Assembly (NCBI GenBank): GCA_964016885.1
Contig: OZ024741.1
Coordinates: forward strand, 326,492,001 to 326,556,000
DNA length: 64,000 bases
Origin: Eledone cirrhosa
Taxonomy: Eukaryota
Direction: 5' to 3'
Below are positions 24,676 to 38,423 of this stretch, piece by piece. The position numbers and the translations under genes were made by a program. Under the pieces are notes generated by a model, which saw nothing but the letters and a program-made list of their open reading frames with translations, was not told where the DNA came from and did not search any database. The first letter of the stretch is position 1. Every line of letters begins with the position of its first letter.

Positions 24676-26495
24676 TTATGAGTTATTTTTTGCTATGTTT
24701 ATGGCTGTGTACTTATGGGGTGGAGGGGTGATTCCGTTGCCGTTTTCTTCTTGTTGCTGTTTGGTGTGTGTGTCTTGTTGTGTTTGCGTTGTTGGTGTTT
24801 GTGGTGGTGTTGCTGCAAGTTTCCTTGCTGCCTTTACCCCTCTTTGTATGCCTTCGCTTTTGGAGAGTGAATCTAAGGGTTTTTTTGTTTCTTGTTTTTT
24901 GTGGCAGACTGTTTGCCACGTCACTCCCGCCTCAAACTCCATTCGGATTCTGTGGCGTCTGGGAGGGGTATGTGCTCCACGGCTGTTGGTGGTGGTAGTG
25001 GAGCCCTCTTCGGCAATGTTGTTGCTGGTGTAGCTATTTCAAATGTAGCTATTGGTGTTGCCGCTACTGATGATGCTGCTTTAGTTATCCGTGGCATTGG
25101 TACGGGTGCTACGGACGTTCCCCTCCTACTCACCGTGGAAGGGGCTTCTTCGCTTGTTGCCTGTCCTGATCTTGGTAGCAACGGACCAGGTATTGGAATG
25201 AGAGGGGCCCTCTTCGGTGTCTTCTGCAGGCAAAATACCCTGAGGTGACTTTTCGACCCACAGAGATAACATTTTGGCCGTCTTCCTTCTACACTTATAG
25301 GGAGTTGGAGTCCTTCCTCAAAGTCTATGATATCGGGGATAGCCTCGATACATTCCTGGTCAGTTTGTATAAGCATTTGCATGCCTATACCTGACCAGTT
25401 CTCTCTCCCTATTTTTTCTACTTGCAGCATGGTCGCCCTGTTCTCAATTCCAGCAAGGACAGACGCGGCCAGCCAAGGTATGGGCACGTGGGGTGGGACC
25501 TGGGTCAATTTGACCCTCACAATTTTCTGCCCGCAGTAGGAGGGCACTAAGTCTAACTCCTCACTCTTTAGGGTTTCCAAAGAGTGAGACTTTGCTTCCT
25601 GGGGTGTGGCGAAAAGTACGTCTACTATGGCGTACTTTCTGCCTCGGGTGATGTGGGTTTTGCGTGCCCAGACGCACCCCATGGCCTTTTGGATTTGAGC
25701 CTCCGTGGCTCTCTCCACTCGATGTGAGATTTTGCTTACGGTGCGGTAAGTCACCGTTCGTAGCTGCTGGTCCTTGAAAAAATCGGGTGGAGGTTTCAGG
25801 GAAACTCTATTTGGGCTTCTTGTCACCATGGCCCTTGCGACTGCCATCTCATCCTCTGTGACTAACACTGTCTCAATATTTCGGGCGACACCTGCAAAAG
25901 AAGTGGTCCCTTTTTCAGCAGCACCACTATTGCTGCCGCTACTGGTCTTACTGGTGGTGCTGAGGTTGCTATTACAGGTATCGGTGTCATTGTTGTTCTT
26001 TTCGCTGTTACAGTTGTTGGTGTTGTTTTCGTTGATACTGTTGCTGCTGTTACTGTTATTGTGGCTGTTGTTATTATTGTTGTTTCTGTTGATACTGTTC
26101 CTACTATTATTGTTGTTGTGACTGTTGTTATTGTCATTGTTATTGTCGTTCTCGACCTTACCGCTGTTATTTTTGTTATTGGCGTTCTTGACCTTACCGC
26201 TGTTATTTTTGTTATTGTCGTTCTCGACCTTACCGCTGTTATTTTTGTTATTGTCATTCTCGACTTTACCGCTGTTATTTTTGGTGTTGTTGTTGGTGAT
26301 GTTGTTGGTGTTATTGTTGGTGTTGTTTGTGTTAGAAATATTTGTTAATTTTAAATCTGTAACAATCTTTTTTTCCTTTGTAATATTTTCGTTTATATTT
26401 ACCTCCGCTGGAACGCTGTCTTGTTGACATGCTGATAAAGTCTCCCTCTCTCTGTTTTGTCTGACAGCGCTCCCTCTCTTTTTTGTGTTATCCAT
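24676..26495 (-). pseudogene. LINE ORF1, gag-like nucleic-acid-binding protein
   Basis: CCHC knuckle CYLCGSKSHLRVFC and an Asn-rich N-terminus. Probable frameshift near 24930 continuing into WQTV...; the true 3' end is uncertain. Confidence 0.8.
26137..26280 (-). repeat. 36-bp coding tandem repeat (about 4 units) in ORF1
   Basis: NNSGKVENDNNK repeated four times with small changes. Confidence 0.9.
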
Positions 26496-26728
26496 GTTGA
26501 AATTTTTCAAAAAATATTTTTACACAAATACGAATACGACACCCCGTAAAGGGGTGCCGTATTATTTACTAGTGAACCCCTGTATTAGGTGTGTCACTTC
26601 TAAACTTTTATCAAATTTAAAACTTGAATAAAAGGTTTAGAACGGTTGAAAAAGAGGTAAAACGTTGAAAAAAACTGGAGGCGATAAGAAGCGTGGCTTC
26701 ACCAACCAATAATAATAATAATAATAAT

Positions 26729-29014
26729 TGATCCTTGAGGCGGAACAAACTAAGACATTCTGGAGAGGAATATGGGAGCAGGATGTTAAACATAATGACC
26801 AGGCAAAAAACTAACCAACTGGAAATCACCAGGCCCAGATGGTGTGCAGGGGTATTGGATTAAAAATATAACATCCCTCCACCCGAAACTGACAACCATG
26901 TTCAATAACTGCTTGATGTCAGGTGAGGTACCAGAGTGGTTGACAAAAGGTACCACAGTTCTGGTAATGAAAGACCGAATCAAGGGTAATGATATTACCA
27001 ACTATAGACCTATCACATGTCTGTCCGTAATGTGGAAACTGTTGACAAGCATTATGTCTGAGGAAATCTACCATCACCTCCACACAAACAACTTGTTACC
27101 GGACGAACAGAAAGGATGCCGAAAGAAGTCCCGTGGTACAAAGGACCAGTTGCTTATTGAGAAGATGGTAATGAGGAATTGCAAGAGGAGACACACTGGT
27201 CTTGCCATGGGTTAGATAGATTACAAAAAGGCATTTGAGATGGTGCCTCATTCTTGGATCACCAAAAGCCTAGAGATCGTCAATGTGGCAGATAACATCA
27301 GACAGTTGTTGAGCAAAAGTATGAAGTCCTGGAAAACAGAGTTAACATCGGCTGGAGAATCCTTGGGTGGCGTGAAGATCAAGAGAGGTATCTTCCAGGG
27401 AGATAGTCTGTCCCCTCTGTTGTTTGTCCTTGTCCTGATGCCCCTGACCATTATACTGCGAAAAGTGAGAGCAGGATACAAGTTGGGAAAGGGAGAGCTT
27501 ACCATCAATCACCTCCTCTTCATGGACGATCTTAAGCTTTTGGGGAAGAATGAGAAGGAGTTGGATGTGCTTGTTGACCCTGTCCGTATTTTCAGCAATG
27601 ATATATGTATGCAATTTGGTATTACGAAGTGTGGAGTCCTTGTGATGAAGAGGGGTAAATTGAGCAGAAGCAACGGAATCAAGGTACCGACAGGTGAGAT
27701 GATAAAGGAAATTGACACTGAAGAAGGATACAAATATTTAGGTGTTCTGGAGGCTGATGACATCAAGAACAAAAAAAATGAAGGAATTGATAAGATCTGA
27801 ATACATTCGGAGAGTAAGGAGCGTATTAAAATCACATCTAAATAGTAGGAACATCATAATTGCAGTAAATTCCCGAGGTGTGTCTATTATTAGGTACAGT
27901 GCTGGAATTCTGAGATGGAATGTTGCTGAACAAAAAGAAATGGATATGAAGACTAGGAAGCTATTGACTATCTTCAACATGTTCCACAAGAGGAGTGATG
28001 TCGTTAGACTTAAGGAGATCTGAAGGTGGAAGAGGTCTTATCAGCATAGATGGAGAAAAATAACCTACACAAATACGTGACTGATAGTAGGGAGCCAATG
28101 CTCAGAATTGTACTGACGGAGAGGACAATAGACCAGGGGATGTCCAAGGAGGAAATAACATCAAGGAGAAAGAGCAACCTTCATGAAACATCCCTTCATA
28201 TTACCTTCTTTGAGAAAACTGAATTCAGAGATCCACAGACATGGAACTGGTTGAAAAGAGGAGACCTTAAAAAGGCTACAGAAGGAATGCTAATGGCTGC
28301 GCAAGAGCAGGTCCTCAAAACGAAATGGCTGAAACACCATATTTACAAGGAGGAGGCTAGCCCACTGTGTAGGATCTGTGGAGAGAGAGAGGAGACTGTG
28401 GCTCACATTGTATCCGAGTGTAAACACCTAGCCGAGACTCACTATAATGGCTGGAGGCATGATGTGATGGGCAGGGTGATCCACTGGCACCTATGCAAAG
28501 TAAACAATTTACCACATTCTGAGAAGTGGTATGAGCATAAGCCAGAGTCTTTGATAGAATACGATCAGGTGAAAGTGCTATGGGATTTTAGGATATAGAC
28601 GGACAAGAAACTGGAACACAATAGAACTGACCTGGTGGTTTTGGACAAGGAAAAAAGAACGTGCCTGATTGTGGATGTAGCCTGCCCATTCGACACAAGA
28701 GTGCAAGAGAAGGAGAGGGAGAAAATTAACCGATACCAGGATTTAAAGTGGGAGGTAAAAAGGATTTGGAACTGCCATGAAGTCAAAGTGGTCCCGATTT
28801 TCATAGGCGCACTAGGTTCTATCTCAAAGAGTTTCCAAGGATGGTTAAAGTAAATTGGTCCCGCCCCGCTTTTTGGAACACTTCAAAAGGCATGCTTGCT
28901 GGGAACAGCAAGAACCCTCCGATACGTCCTGAATATCTGAGGCTGCAGGTAGTGGCTTGATATTCATTTCAACAAACTTTCCAGTTAAATAACATCAATG
29001 ACTGAGACTCAAAG
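26729..29014 (+). mobile_element. 5'-truncated R4/Dong-clade RLE LINE (disrupted RT-CCHC-RLE ORF)
   Basis: NWKSPGPD, YRPITCL, EQKGC, GTKDQL, GIFQGDSLSPLLF, LFMDD, YKYLG, CRIC...ETVAHIVSEC, RHD, IVDVACP, KINRYQDL. Ends in (AAT)n at 29015-29035. Confidence 0.9.
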
Positions 29015-29033
29015 AATAATAATAATAATAATA

Positions 29034-29227
29034 ATTGTTTCTACATTTGCACAAGGCCAGCTATTACTCCAGTGTATTACTGGTACTTTATTTTATCGAC
29101 CCCGTAAGGATGAAAGGCAAAGTTCACCTCGGCGGGATTTGAACTCAGAATGGCATGGGCCGTAACTCAATGCGTCAAAGCATGGCGTCCGACCCTCTAC
29201 CAATGACCCTCTACCGATACTGCCAAA
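29034..29227 (-). mobile_element. SINE family A whose (ATT)n tail abuts the Dong 3' end
   Basis: Full core; on the minus strand it ends ...TAGAAACAATTATTATTATT. Confidence 0.85.
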
Positions 29228-29624
29228 TACACATATTCATATGTATATGTGTGTGTGGTGACTGCATTAACAAGTTTCGCTCGATGACTGAAAGAGCTAA
29301 AATAATCAAAATAATTAAGATAATTCCATAATGAGAGGTATTTATCAAATTACAAAATATGCGGAAATAATAGACAAACATATACCTGTTTTTTCTTCAA
29401 AGTCACAACTGCAGTTTCGCCGATACGTGTGCAACGTTTCTCCACTATAAAAATGCATCATCGCTGTGAGGTTGATACAGATTTCAAGAGACCCCTCAGT
29501 AAAAAGGACATTTTCTTGACGCGTTCGTAGCAAGTGAGGAAATCTCTAGAAGTGGAGGGAGGAATTAACACGTGTTACAGTGGTAAAAAAAGAGCTATTC
29601 TCACATGCTACGAAGGAAACAGTC

Positions 29625-30110
29625 AAATGAAAGGTAGATTTGACTTCGTTGGGATTTGAAATCAAATCCTAAATATTAGGAAATTAATGTCTGCATATGA
29701 TACATAATCGTTCCTGACATAGGCACCAGATCAATAATTTAGGGACAAGGAAACGTCATTTAAACTTCTATTTATCGATCCCAGAAGGATGAAAGGCAAA
29801 TATGACCTCGGTGGGATTTCAAGCCAGAATGTAAAGAGCCTGAAAAATATAACAACACACATTTTGTTTGACACTTAAGCGATTGCGGCACTAGTATAAT
29901 GATTTCTGATTTAGGTATAACGCCAAGAATTCTTTTGGGGAGGGAAAAATCAATTAAATCGAACCCCACTTTGTTACTGGTACTTTCATTTATGGACACC
30001 ATATGGATGAAATGGAAAGCTAACGTTGCTAGGATTTGAACTCAGAACGCAAAAGCCCGGAACAAATATAACACAATATATTTTATCCAACACTCAGGCG
30101 ATTCTACCAC
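29625..30110 (-). mobile_element. Cluster of 2-3 degenerate SINE family A copies
   Basis: Repeated GATGAAAGGCAAA...GGATTT(G/C)AA cores at about 29630, 29790 and 30005. Confidence 0.65.
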
Positions 30111-31007
30111 TTGTATAATAAAACCTACATGTGATAAATAATGAATTTTCTCACTTGTGACATTTATAGTAATTGCAAGAATCTGGTTTACTGACATTTT
30201 CGTTTTGTTTCACTTTTATCTTTTGGCAGTTTTTAGGATTAATATTTTTATTTTTGTCATATTTTTTAAAATTATTATTGTCATCTTTTATTTATTTATT
30301 TATTTATTTATTTACTTATCCATTTTTTGGCATCAGCAATCATTCATATTTCGATTGTTCTAGTCACGTATTCAAAATGAGATATTCAGTTAATTCTGTC
30401 TCTTCGAGTTTTGGAAAATGTTTTACCAGATTTAATTAGTGATGATTTTGATTTCTAATATTGGCACGGTTTCCACACCAATTTCAGATGTATGTGTGCC
30501 GTGGTTGGATGTGTATGTGGGAAATATAGACAAACCCATCGATCGTTCCCTGTGTGTTTTTGTATGTTTGTGTGTGCGTGTATTGTGTGTGTGTGCGTAT
30601 GTGTGTGTGTGTGTGCTGGTCACCCTTCATATATTTTAATAGCGAGTGTTCCATTTCTTTGAGTAATAAGACAGTCTGTTCATGAATTTAGAGTACAAGT
30701 AGTTGAGCATTCCATAATGGACAGAAACTTGCACCTTTAACATAGCTCTCAGGGAGATTCTATGTTAATATAGACGTAGGCACTGTTGTGTGATTGAGAA
30801 GTTTGTTTTGCAATCACCAGTTTTCTCGCTCGACTTAACTGCGTGGGAGGTTGGGGATGTATTTTTTTACTATAATTTCGGATCGAATGAGTATTGTGAG
30901 TTAGACTGCATAATCGGAATCTTGTAATTCACACGCCAGTCTTGTCACATAACGTCTCATACTTATTTGATATAGGTATTTCGCGAAGGGCATACTCAGT
31001 TAATGTG

Positions 31008-31073
<66 letters not shown>

Positions 31074-31079
<6 letters not shown>

Positions 31080-31480
31080 TTATTAAAATAACAGATTAAA
31101 GTTTAAGCAAAGAATCGTTGCTTTCGCCCTTAGCGGGATGTTCTGAGACTAAAAAATTCAATCTGTGAACGCAGAAGTTAATATTTCGAAATACGTTGCA
31201 ACCGAAGGAAGACAGGAAGACGATATTTGGTTCGTGGAAACGTTCCCTGTCAAAGAAAGGAAAAACACAGAGATAATAGTAATTATTTGGAGCGGAGAAA
31301 ACAATTACACGCAAAGACAAAACCAGGTTTATGGTATAAATGAAGTCGTAGACTAATATTCTATTCGGTGGTTCGTGCAGACGTTCTCTGGCAATGAACG
31401 GAAAAAACGCAGATAATACGTCATTATGTGGAGCGGTGAAAACAATTATACGCAAAGACAAAACCACGTTTATGGTATAC
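31074..31480 (-). mobile_element. Non-coding 3' end of the Naiad-like family seen at 33883-35929
   Basis: Co-linear with 33883-34290, including the roughly 130-bp internal tandem duplication; abuts (TA)n. Confidence 0.85.
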
Positions 31481-31880
31481 ACCTTATTTATCGACTTGCA
31501 CGTTTATTTGATTGACCAATTGCATATCCATCGTGAAGACAGACGGAAGATCCTACATTTTATTTAATGTAAAATAAAAACAGATGGAAGTCAGATGGAA
31601 GTCATTGCGACCTGTGAGGTGGGCAAACATTATTTAGTGATGTTCAAGTGTTTTGTTTACTGATGTAAGGAGATAATGATTAATTTTCTGGATTGTTCAT
31701 TAGTTCAGGCGTCAAAGTAAAAAGAACATTTTTAAACAAAGAGAATTTTTTTTTTTGGGGGGGGGGGTGCTTTTCTCAGACAATGCATCAACCCCAAAAC
31801 ATCAGTTACCCTTTCCTCCCCACAACATATAAGTCCCAGGTTTTAAAAGAAAGAGGTAATTGGATCTATATTATGAGAGA

Positions 31881-31979
<99 letters not shown>

Positions 31980-33269
31980 GTGTTGAATTGCTACTGTATT
32001 TATGAACCTAGAAATGATGAAAGGAAAAATCCATCTGGATGGGATTTGAATACAGAATGTAAAAAGTTTGAACAAATATAACAGAACAACTTAGTTCGAC
32101 ACTCAAGCGATTCCCCCACTAATATAATAACATTTACACGTGATATGTGATAAATAATTAATATTTTCGCTTGTGATATTCATACTAATTACAATGTTCT
32201 CTCAATAGTGATAATTCACAGCCTTAATGAGTAACACTAGTCATTCAAGGTATAGATGAGTCCCCAACAAATTTTAATTAACTGATTAAAAACATCTCTA
32301 ATCATTCTAAGTAAAATATGATGTAACAGATTATATTTCGGTGAAGAGCATTAATAAGAATGGAAAATGCCTGAAACTTTCGCCGTTCAGTTAAATTTCA
32401 TAATCACTCTTACTCTGGATTCCATATTCAATTAACATTAATTAATTAAAATTATGGAGTTGTGTCCTCCTAACATTTGTGACCAGAATTCTTTAAGTAG
32501 AAAATGGTTGCCGTCAGTGTAAAGGATGTAATATAACGTAATTCAAACTACTCAGCTTATTTCGTCAATCATTCTGTCGGCCATTTTACTGTTAAAAATT
32601 TTCTGGTAGCATGTCTCACTTTACATGTTTATGTGTGTCTCTGTGTGTGTGTATGTGTGTATGTTCATGTGTCTGCACGTAGTGTTCTGCTAATGATCGT
32701 AGTAGTGTCGGTGTTCGATGTCTCAGAACATTGAGAACCAGAGCAAATATGCAAAGCATTCTAGCGAAGGTTCTAAGGTGTCTACCATATTACCGCATAT
32801 TGAATATCTTTGAATGATAAAAAAAAAGAAATACAGACGATAGAATTCTTCGAACAAATTTGAACAAGAATCAACTGATTTACTTTATCATCCACTATGC
32901 TGTAACTAAAATATTCTCGAGTATACAAGTGTGTATTTGCTGTTCACTAGAAGCTTTTATTAAGTTACAATTTCTCTCGCGTGAATGACAACCGGAATTT
33001 TAACAGGAAACAACATGACGTGTTTTATGTAGGAATTACCTGCTGCGATAACATAAACTAACATCAAACATCAATAATACAAAGCGTTACGTTGTGTTTG
33101 ACAAAATATGTTTACGGTAGCCATTTTGATGAGTCATTCCCAAATGTAGTTCTATATGTTACGTGTTATGTAATGTATTATCTGTGAGAACTTCTTCCAT
33201 TTCCATACTGGAATTTATGTATGTATACACACATAACCCCACATATACAAACACACACATATACATACG

Positions 33270-33319
<50 letters not shown>

Positions 33320-33356
33320 CTCACACACGCACACTTACGCACACACACACACACAT

Positions 33357-33402
<46 letters not shown>

Positions 33403-33608
33403 GTGTGTTTGTGTATGTATATATGGGTAGGGGTGGCTGTAAATATCCAAACGGGTTCTCAACTACCTATGGACCACTACGTCGTATTTTCGTCAGAGTA
33501 TCTCGTATTGAACACATATCTCTAAATTATATATATATATATATATATACAAGCAAATTATAAACGTAAACATGTAAGTATGTTTTTGAAACGGTGCGCG
33601 AGTTTGAA

Positions 33609-33829
33609 ATTAGAAATTAGAAATTATAAGCTTTCACCGTATTTTAGACTAAAGAAATTTCTAGCCTGATAGTGGGGTTTATAACCCTCGGAGAAATGTA
33701 AAAAGGAGGGGTGTTGCTGTACATGTACAGCAACACTCATCTTTTTCCATTTCTCCGAGGGTTATAAACCCCACTATCAGGCTAGAAATTTCTTTAGTCT
33801 AAAATACGGTGAAAGCTTATAATTTCTAA

Positions 33830-33837
<8 letters not shown>
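33609..33837. repeat. Spacer-less palindrome with GTACATGTAC apex, in (TA)n
   Basis: Centre TTGCTGTACA|TGTACAGCAA at 33723/33724; homologous to 17173-17361. Confidence 0.95.
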
Positions 33838-33882
<45 letters not shown>

Positions 33883-33887
<5 letters not shown>

Positions 33888-35929
33888 TAAAATAACAGAT
33901 TAAAGTTTAAGCAAAGAATCGCTGCTTTCACCCTTAACGGGATCTTCTGAAACTAACAAAGGCAATCTGTAAACGCAGAACTGGATATTTCAAAAAACGT
34001 TGCAACCGGAGGAAGACAGGAAGACGATACTTTGGTTCATGGTGACGTTCGCTGGCAAAGAACGGGAAAAAACGAATAATACGTCATTAATAGGAGCGGT
34101 GAAAAACAATTACGCGCAAAGACAGAACCACGTTTATGGTATAAAAGAGGTCGTAGACTAATGTTCTCTAAGTGGTGCATAGAGACGTTCTCTGGCAATG
34201 AACGAAAAAACGAAGATAATAAGTCATATGTGGAGCGTGGAGAACAAAACCACGTAAATGGTATAGCAGAAGTTGTAGACTAAATTTCTAACTAGGAGAC
34301 CAAATGAATCTCCGCTACAGAGTTAAGAACAAAGTAAATAAATACAATACAGAAGTAATAGAAACAAATAAATACATACACGCAAACAGATATGTACATA
34401 CACAAGCATACGCAAAACCTTACCATAGGTATACAAAACCACGCACATATAAATATGTGTATGTGTGTATGCTTGTGTACAAATAAATAAATAATTATAT
34501 AAACGTATATAATTAAATAAATACGTATATAACAAGCGCACACACATACCTACATGTAAATACACGAAGGTTCGGAGACGTAAGTCAACTAAAACAAGAA
34601 GTACACATATACACACACCCGCCATACGTACGAACCTGCATACTCACTAGACGCAAAACTCCCATATACACATAACCAAACCCTAAATACCAGAATATGT
34701 AAAAATTATACGCCGTAACAGTCAAATATACGTACGAGAAGGTATACATACCTTCACAAAACATACGGGTAATATATACTTACCTATGCAAATAAGTAAA
34801 GGAATAAACAAAACATATACTTAGCTACCACATCAAGACGTAAAATATCCACGTATAGATCGTGCTATCCGTTAGGGTACAACGTGGGGCTGTAATACAG
34901 GAAAGTTTTGTGCAATTTATGTTTACAAGCCGAAATTGCCTCAGATTTTTTGTTTAAGATGTGGTCCGTGGCGTAGAGTATTTCCAGGGCCTCAGCGGCG
35001 CAGAGGTCACATGGTCTTTTATTTCCGTTATACGATCTAGCCCTAGCTAGGATCTCCCAGTGTAACTTATATTGGGTGTGGTTGTCTTTTAGACTCCAGA
35101 TATAAGCTGAAAGTGACGTCATATTCCTTCTTAGAGGGTAACAAAAAGAATGGGTATGCATGTAAAGACGCTGCTTGAAACTATTGGCGGTTAACCCTAT
35201 GTAGGCCCTACGGGACGTGGGTGTTACAACCTTACATTTGTAGACAATGTTACTAGAGAGGCATTTCCCGGATAGGGGACAATCAGCCCGATTCCTACAA
35301 TTACAGTTAGTACTAACTACAGGGTTGCACGTGTTCCTACGGCTAGGTAGTTTAGCTAAATTTGAAGCTGTGATGTTATGTGCAATGTTAGGAGTCGTAG
35401 AGTAAGAAATTTTAATAGTGTTTCTATTAAAAAATTTACTATATTTATGTGTAGGGGGAAAATGCTTCGTAATAAGGGAAAGAAAGATCTTAGCTAATGG
35501 TGTGGCCACCTCCATATTATATGGTGGGTTAAACCAACAAATGCGACGGGATCTATTTCTTCTAGGTCTATTCTCGTACTCTGTATATGCTACCTTATCG
35601 ACAAATCCACTTCGAGCAAGAGCTTCATTGTAATAAGTGGAATGGTCGTTGAAAATGCGCTCGTTGGTGGAAAGACGGGAAAGCCTCAAAGAAACGTTTT
35701 TTACCAGGTTCTTGGTTATGCTGGCAGGATGGTTGGAATGCTTACTTATGTAATTAAGCGTATCATTCGGCTTTCTATACGGGTAATACAACCCATTCAA
35801 TAAATTGAGGGTAACGTCGAGGTAATTAACGACCGAGAGATTGGCCTCAACCTGTATAGAGAGGTTGAAGCCTTTAAAGAAGGCTGTGAGTTCTTTTCTG
35901 AATCTGTCGCAAGCACGAGGTCCGCACTT
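33883..35929 (-). mobile_element. 5'-truncated Penelope-like element, Naiad-type
   Basis: ORF fragment plus about 1 kb of 3' UTR ending at (TA)n 33838-33882. Confidence 0.88.
34865..35929 (-). pseudogene. Penelope-like RT C-terminus/thumb plus GIY-YIG endonuclease (open frame, 5'-truncated)
   Basis: VNYLDVTLNL, YRKP, WFNPPY, KISYS, CNCRNRADCPLSGKC (CxCx5Cx5C), IVY...YIG, CDLC..E, LNKKSE. Confidence 0.9.
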
Positions 35930-37848
35930 AGTGTGTGTGTGTGAAGTATTTCCATCGGTAAGGTACAGGAAAAAAGAGTGCTCTATGTGGGCTAGAGATA
36001 TATATATAGAGGTCTGGCATTAACTGATACAAATAAATATTAAAACAAATCCAAGAGAAAAACAAATTTTATAGAAACGAAAAATAACATGATATTTACT
36101 AAGAACAACGAGAACAAGAAGTACAATGAAAATATCAGAATCTGAAGAGTAACAATAAATATGGTGTAAGCTCAAATTTTACCCAATCCACCCTTGCATT
36201 TCATGAAGATACCAGTCGAAGGTGATGTATTTGCTGAATAATTAAATGGTTGGTCAGGAAACATTGCGCTATTCGTTCTAGCTTTTTGTATTGTGAGTTC
36301 AAATCATTCTATTGCCTAATTGAATGATAGACTTAATGCATCGTCAGGCTTAATATCAAAATCATGATTTTAGATGACTTTACCTGATAAAGTAATTTAA
36401 CTTGTAAACATTCGAAGGAGTCTTCCGTTTTGAAGACGCCTTTATTTGTCCCTCCCATCAGTCTTCTTAGCTCTGATAAAGTTGCTGGGCACTGACCCTT
36501 CTCATCCGCCCACGACTAAAGAGTAACTCAATTGAAATTTGAGCAGAAATTCATTTCTAACTCATGCTCAATCTAGAGTGAATTTGAAAGCTTACAACGA
36601 TGTATGCTATGCTTCAGCCTACACAGTTACAAACACACACATACACGAACACACACGCAAACAAATATATCATCACGTTTGAAACACTCAAACTGTCCAT
36701 ACATGTTAAACGAAAAAGCCAATGAATGAACATCTATGTAGGTAGTTGGTCTGCTAGAAATGGCAGCTACATCTTACCGCTTTAGGAAGAAAGCGGTAAA
36801 ACTGGACAATATAATCCAAAATGTAAAACACAAATTCGGGTTGTTCACGCCCAGAATGTCTTTGATCAAATAACTACTTCAAGAAGACCTTACCTGGAAC
36901 TGAGGGATCAAATACAAAATCATGTTATAAAACTAGAGGTTTCATTTTATTGGAAATAAATATAGACAACGTTTCACAATAGGATTACTATTTCAGCACC
37001 CGAAGGGATTTTTTCAGTTGTATAGATGGAATTAATGATCCTTTGAATCCTGTAAATTATGAAACTGCCATAAATATGCACTTGTTCTGAAAGGCATTGA
37101 AGACTAGGGGAATTTTACTCTATTGATATATGAATAATTCTTGCTTTATTAAATCGAAGAAAAAAAGTTTTTACTTCAATCTCAGTACTTAAACAGCAAT
37201 AACAGAAATATGAGTCATTATGTTATAGTTATTTCCGCTACATTTTCTTAACGTATTTCTTACTGTTACTTCAAAGAAGTATGCGTACGACGTTTGAAGT
37301 CTTTAAATTAATTACTAACTGGCGTAAAGTCCTTTCAAGCCTCATTGGATGAAACGAAATGATAGCTTTACATTCTAGAATAATGTCTGAGAATTTGAAA
37401 ACCAAGCCATATTTCCTTGCTTCGCCTGCTTAAAGAATACTACAATTATGCATTTCACTTTGAAATGGCGCTGATGTAATATTATATTCGGCCATTTTAC
37501 TTATCATTGCATTGCATTGCAATGCAATTCCTTTCTTTGCAAAGCTCTATATTTCGTATGATTTAAATATTAATTTAATTTCTAGCTCACTCCCTTTCAT
37601 TCTTTATTTACACTCCATGGTTTTTGTATTCAAATCACATGTGGATCAATCCGAATGAATGGTTCTTTGTAGGAGAGCGAATCTGCGTATTGTCTTCTCT
37701 GTTCAGATACTTGGTAAGTATTCAGCTAAACTAGTCGAAGGAATTTTATGAATGCGTAGCACATCACATTTGAATTGCCACTACATTGTAAGAAATGTTT
37801 CTGTTGGGATAAAGAAGATACGATGAGACCGTGAAAGAGAGAGAGAGA

Positions 37849-37915
<67 letters not shown>

Positions 37916-38145
37916 AAAGGATAAGAGAGAGTTAGAAAGTTAGGGAGAACAAAATAGAATACATACATATATATCAATCATAAATATTCATATATCCATG
38001 GTTACATCAACATATATAATTACATAATTAAGTTATTATATTGCTACTATCTGACATTCACTTGTGCCTCAGATCTCTTTTCACATTCATATAGGTATAT
38101 ATGTATAAAGTTGCTTGTATATATGAATAAACACACATGCACGCG

Positions 38146-38186
<41 letters not shown>

Positions 38187-38229
38187 ATTCGTGCGTGTGT
38201 ATGTGTATGCGTGCGTGTAAATATATGTA

Positions 38230-38267
<38 letters not shown>

Positions 38268-38389
38268 CCTACATTAGTATGTAGTTATTTCCAGAGGTTG
38301 ATTGAGGAGATGTCCGTTTTTCCGTTGTTTTTTTCACTTCCTTAATGATGTGCGCTCCACTGCTTGAATATATACAGCATATATGCAGC

Positions 38390-38423
<34 letters not shown>

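Larger units (their letters stand above)
20800..26707 (-). mobile_element. Near full-length Tx1/L1-clade LINE inserted in (AAT)n
   Basis: ORF1 plus ORF2 (APE-RT-Zn); AATAAA close to the 3' end (about 20807-20812, minus); (AAT)n at 20771-20799 and 26708-26728. Confidence 0.92.

Noticed and set aside
34865-35929. Selenoprotein-type Naiad (in-frame TGA plus SECIS)
   Set aside because: No in-frame TGA at the conserved Cys positions in this or the 58977-59743 fragment, and I could not identify a SECIS by eye.
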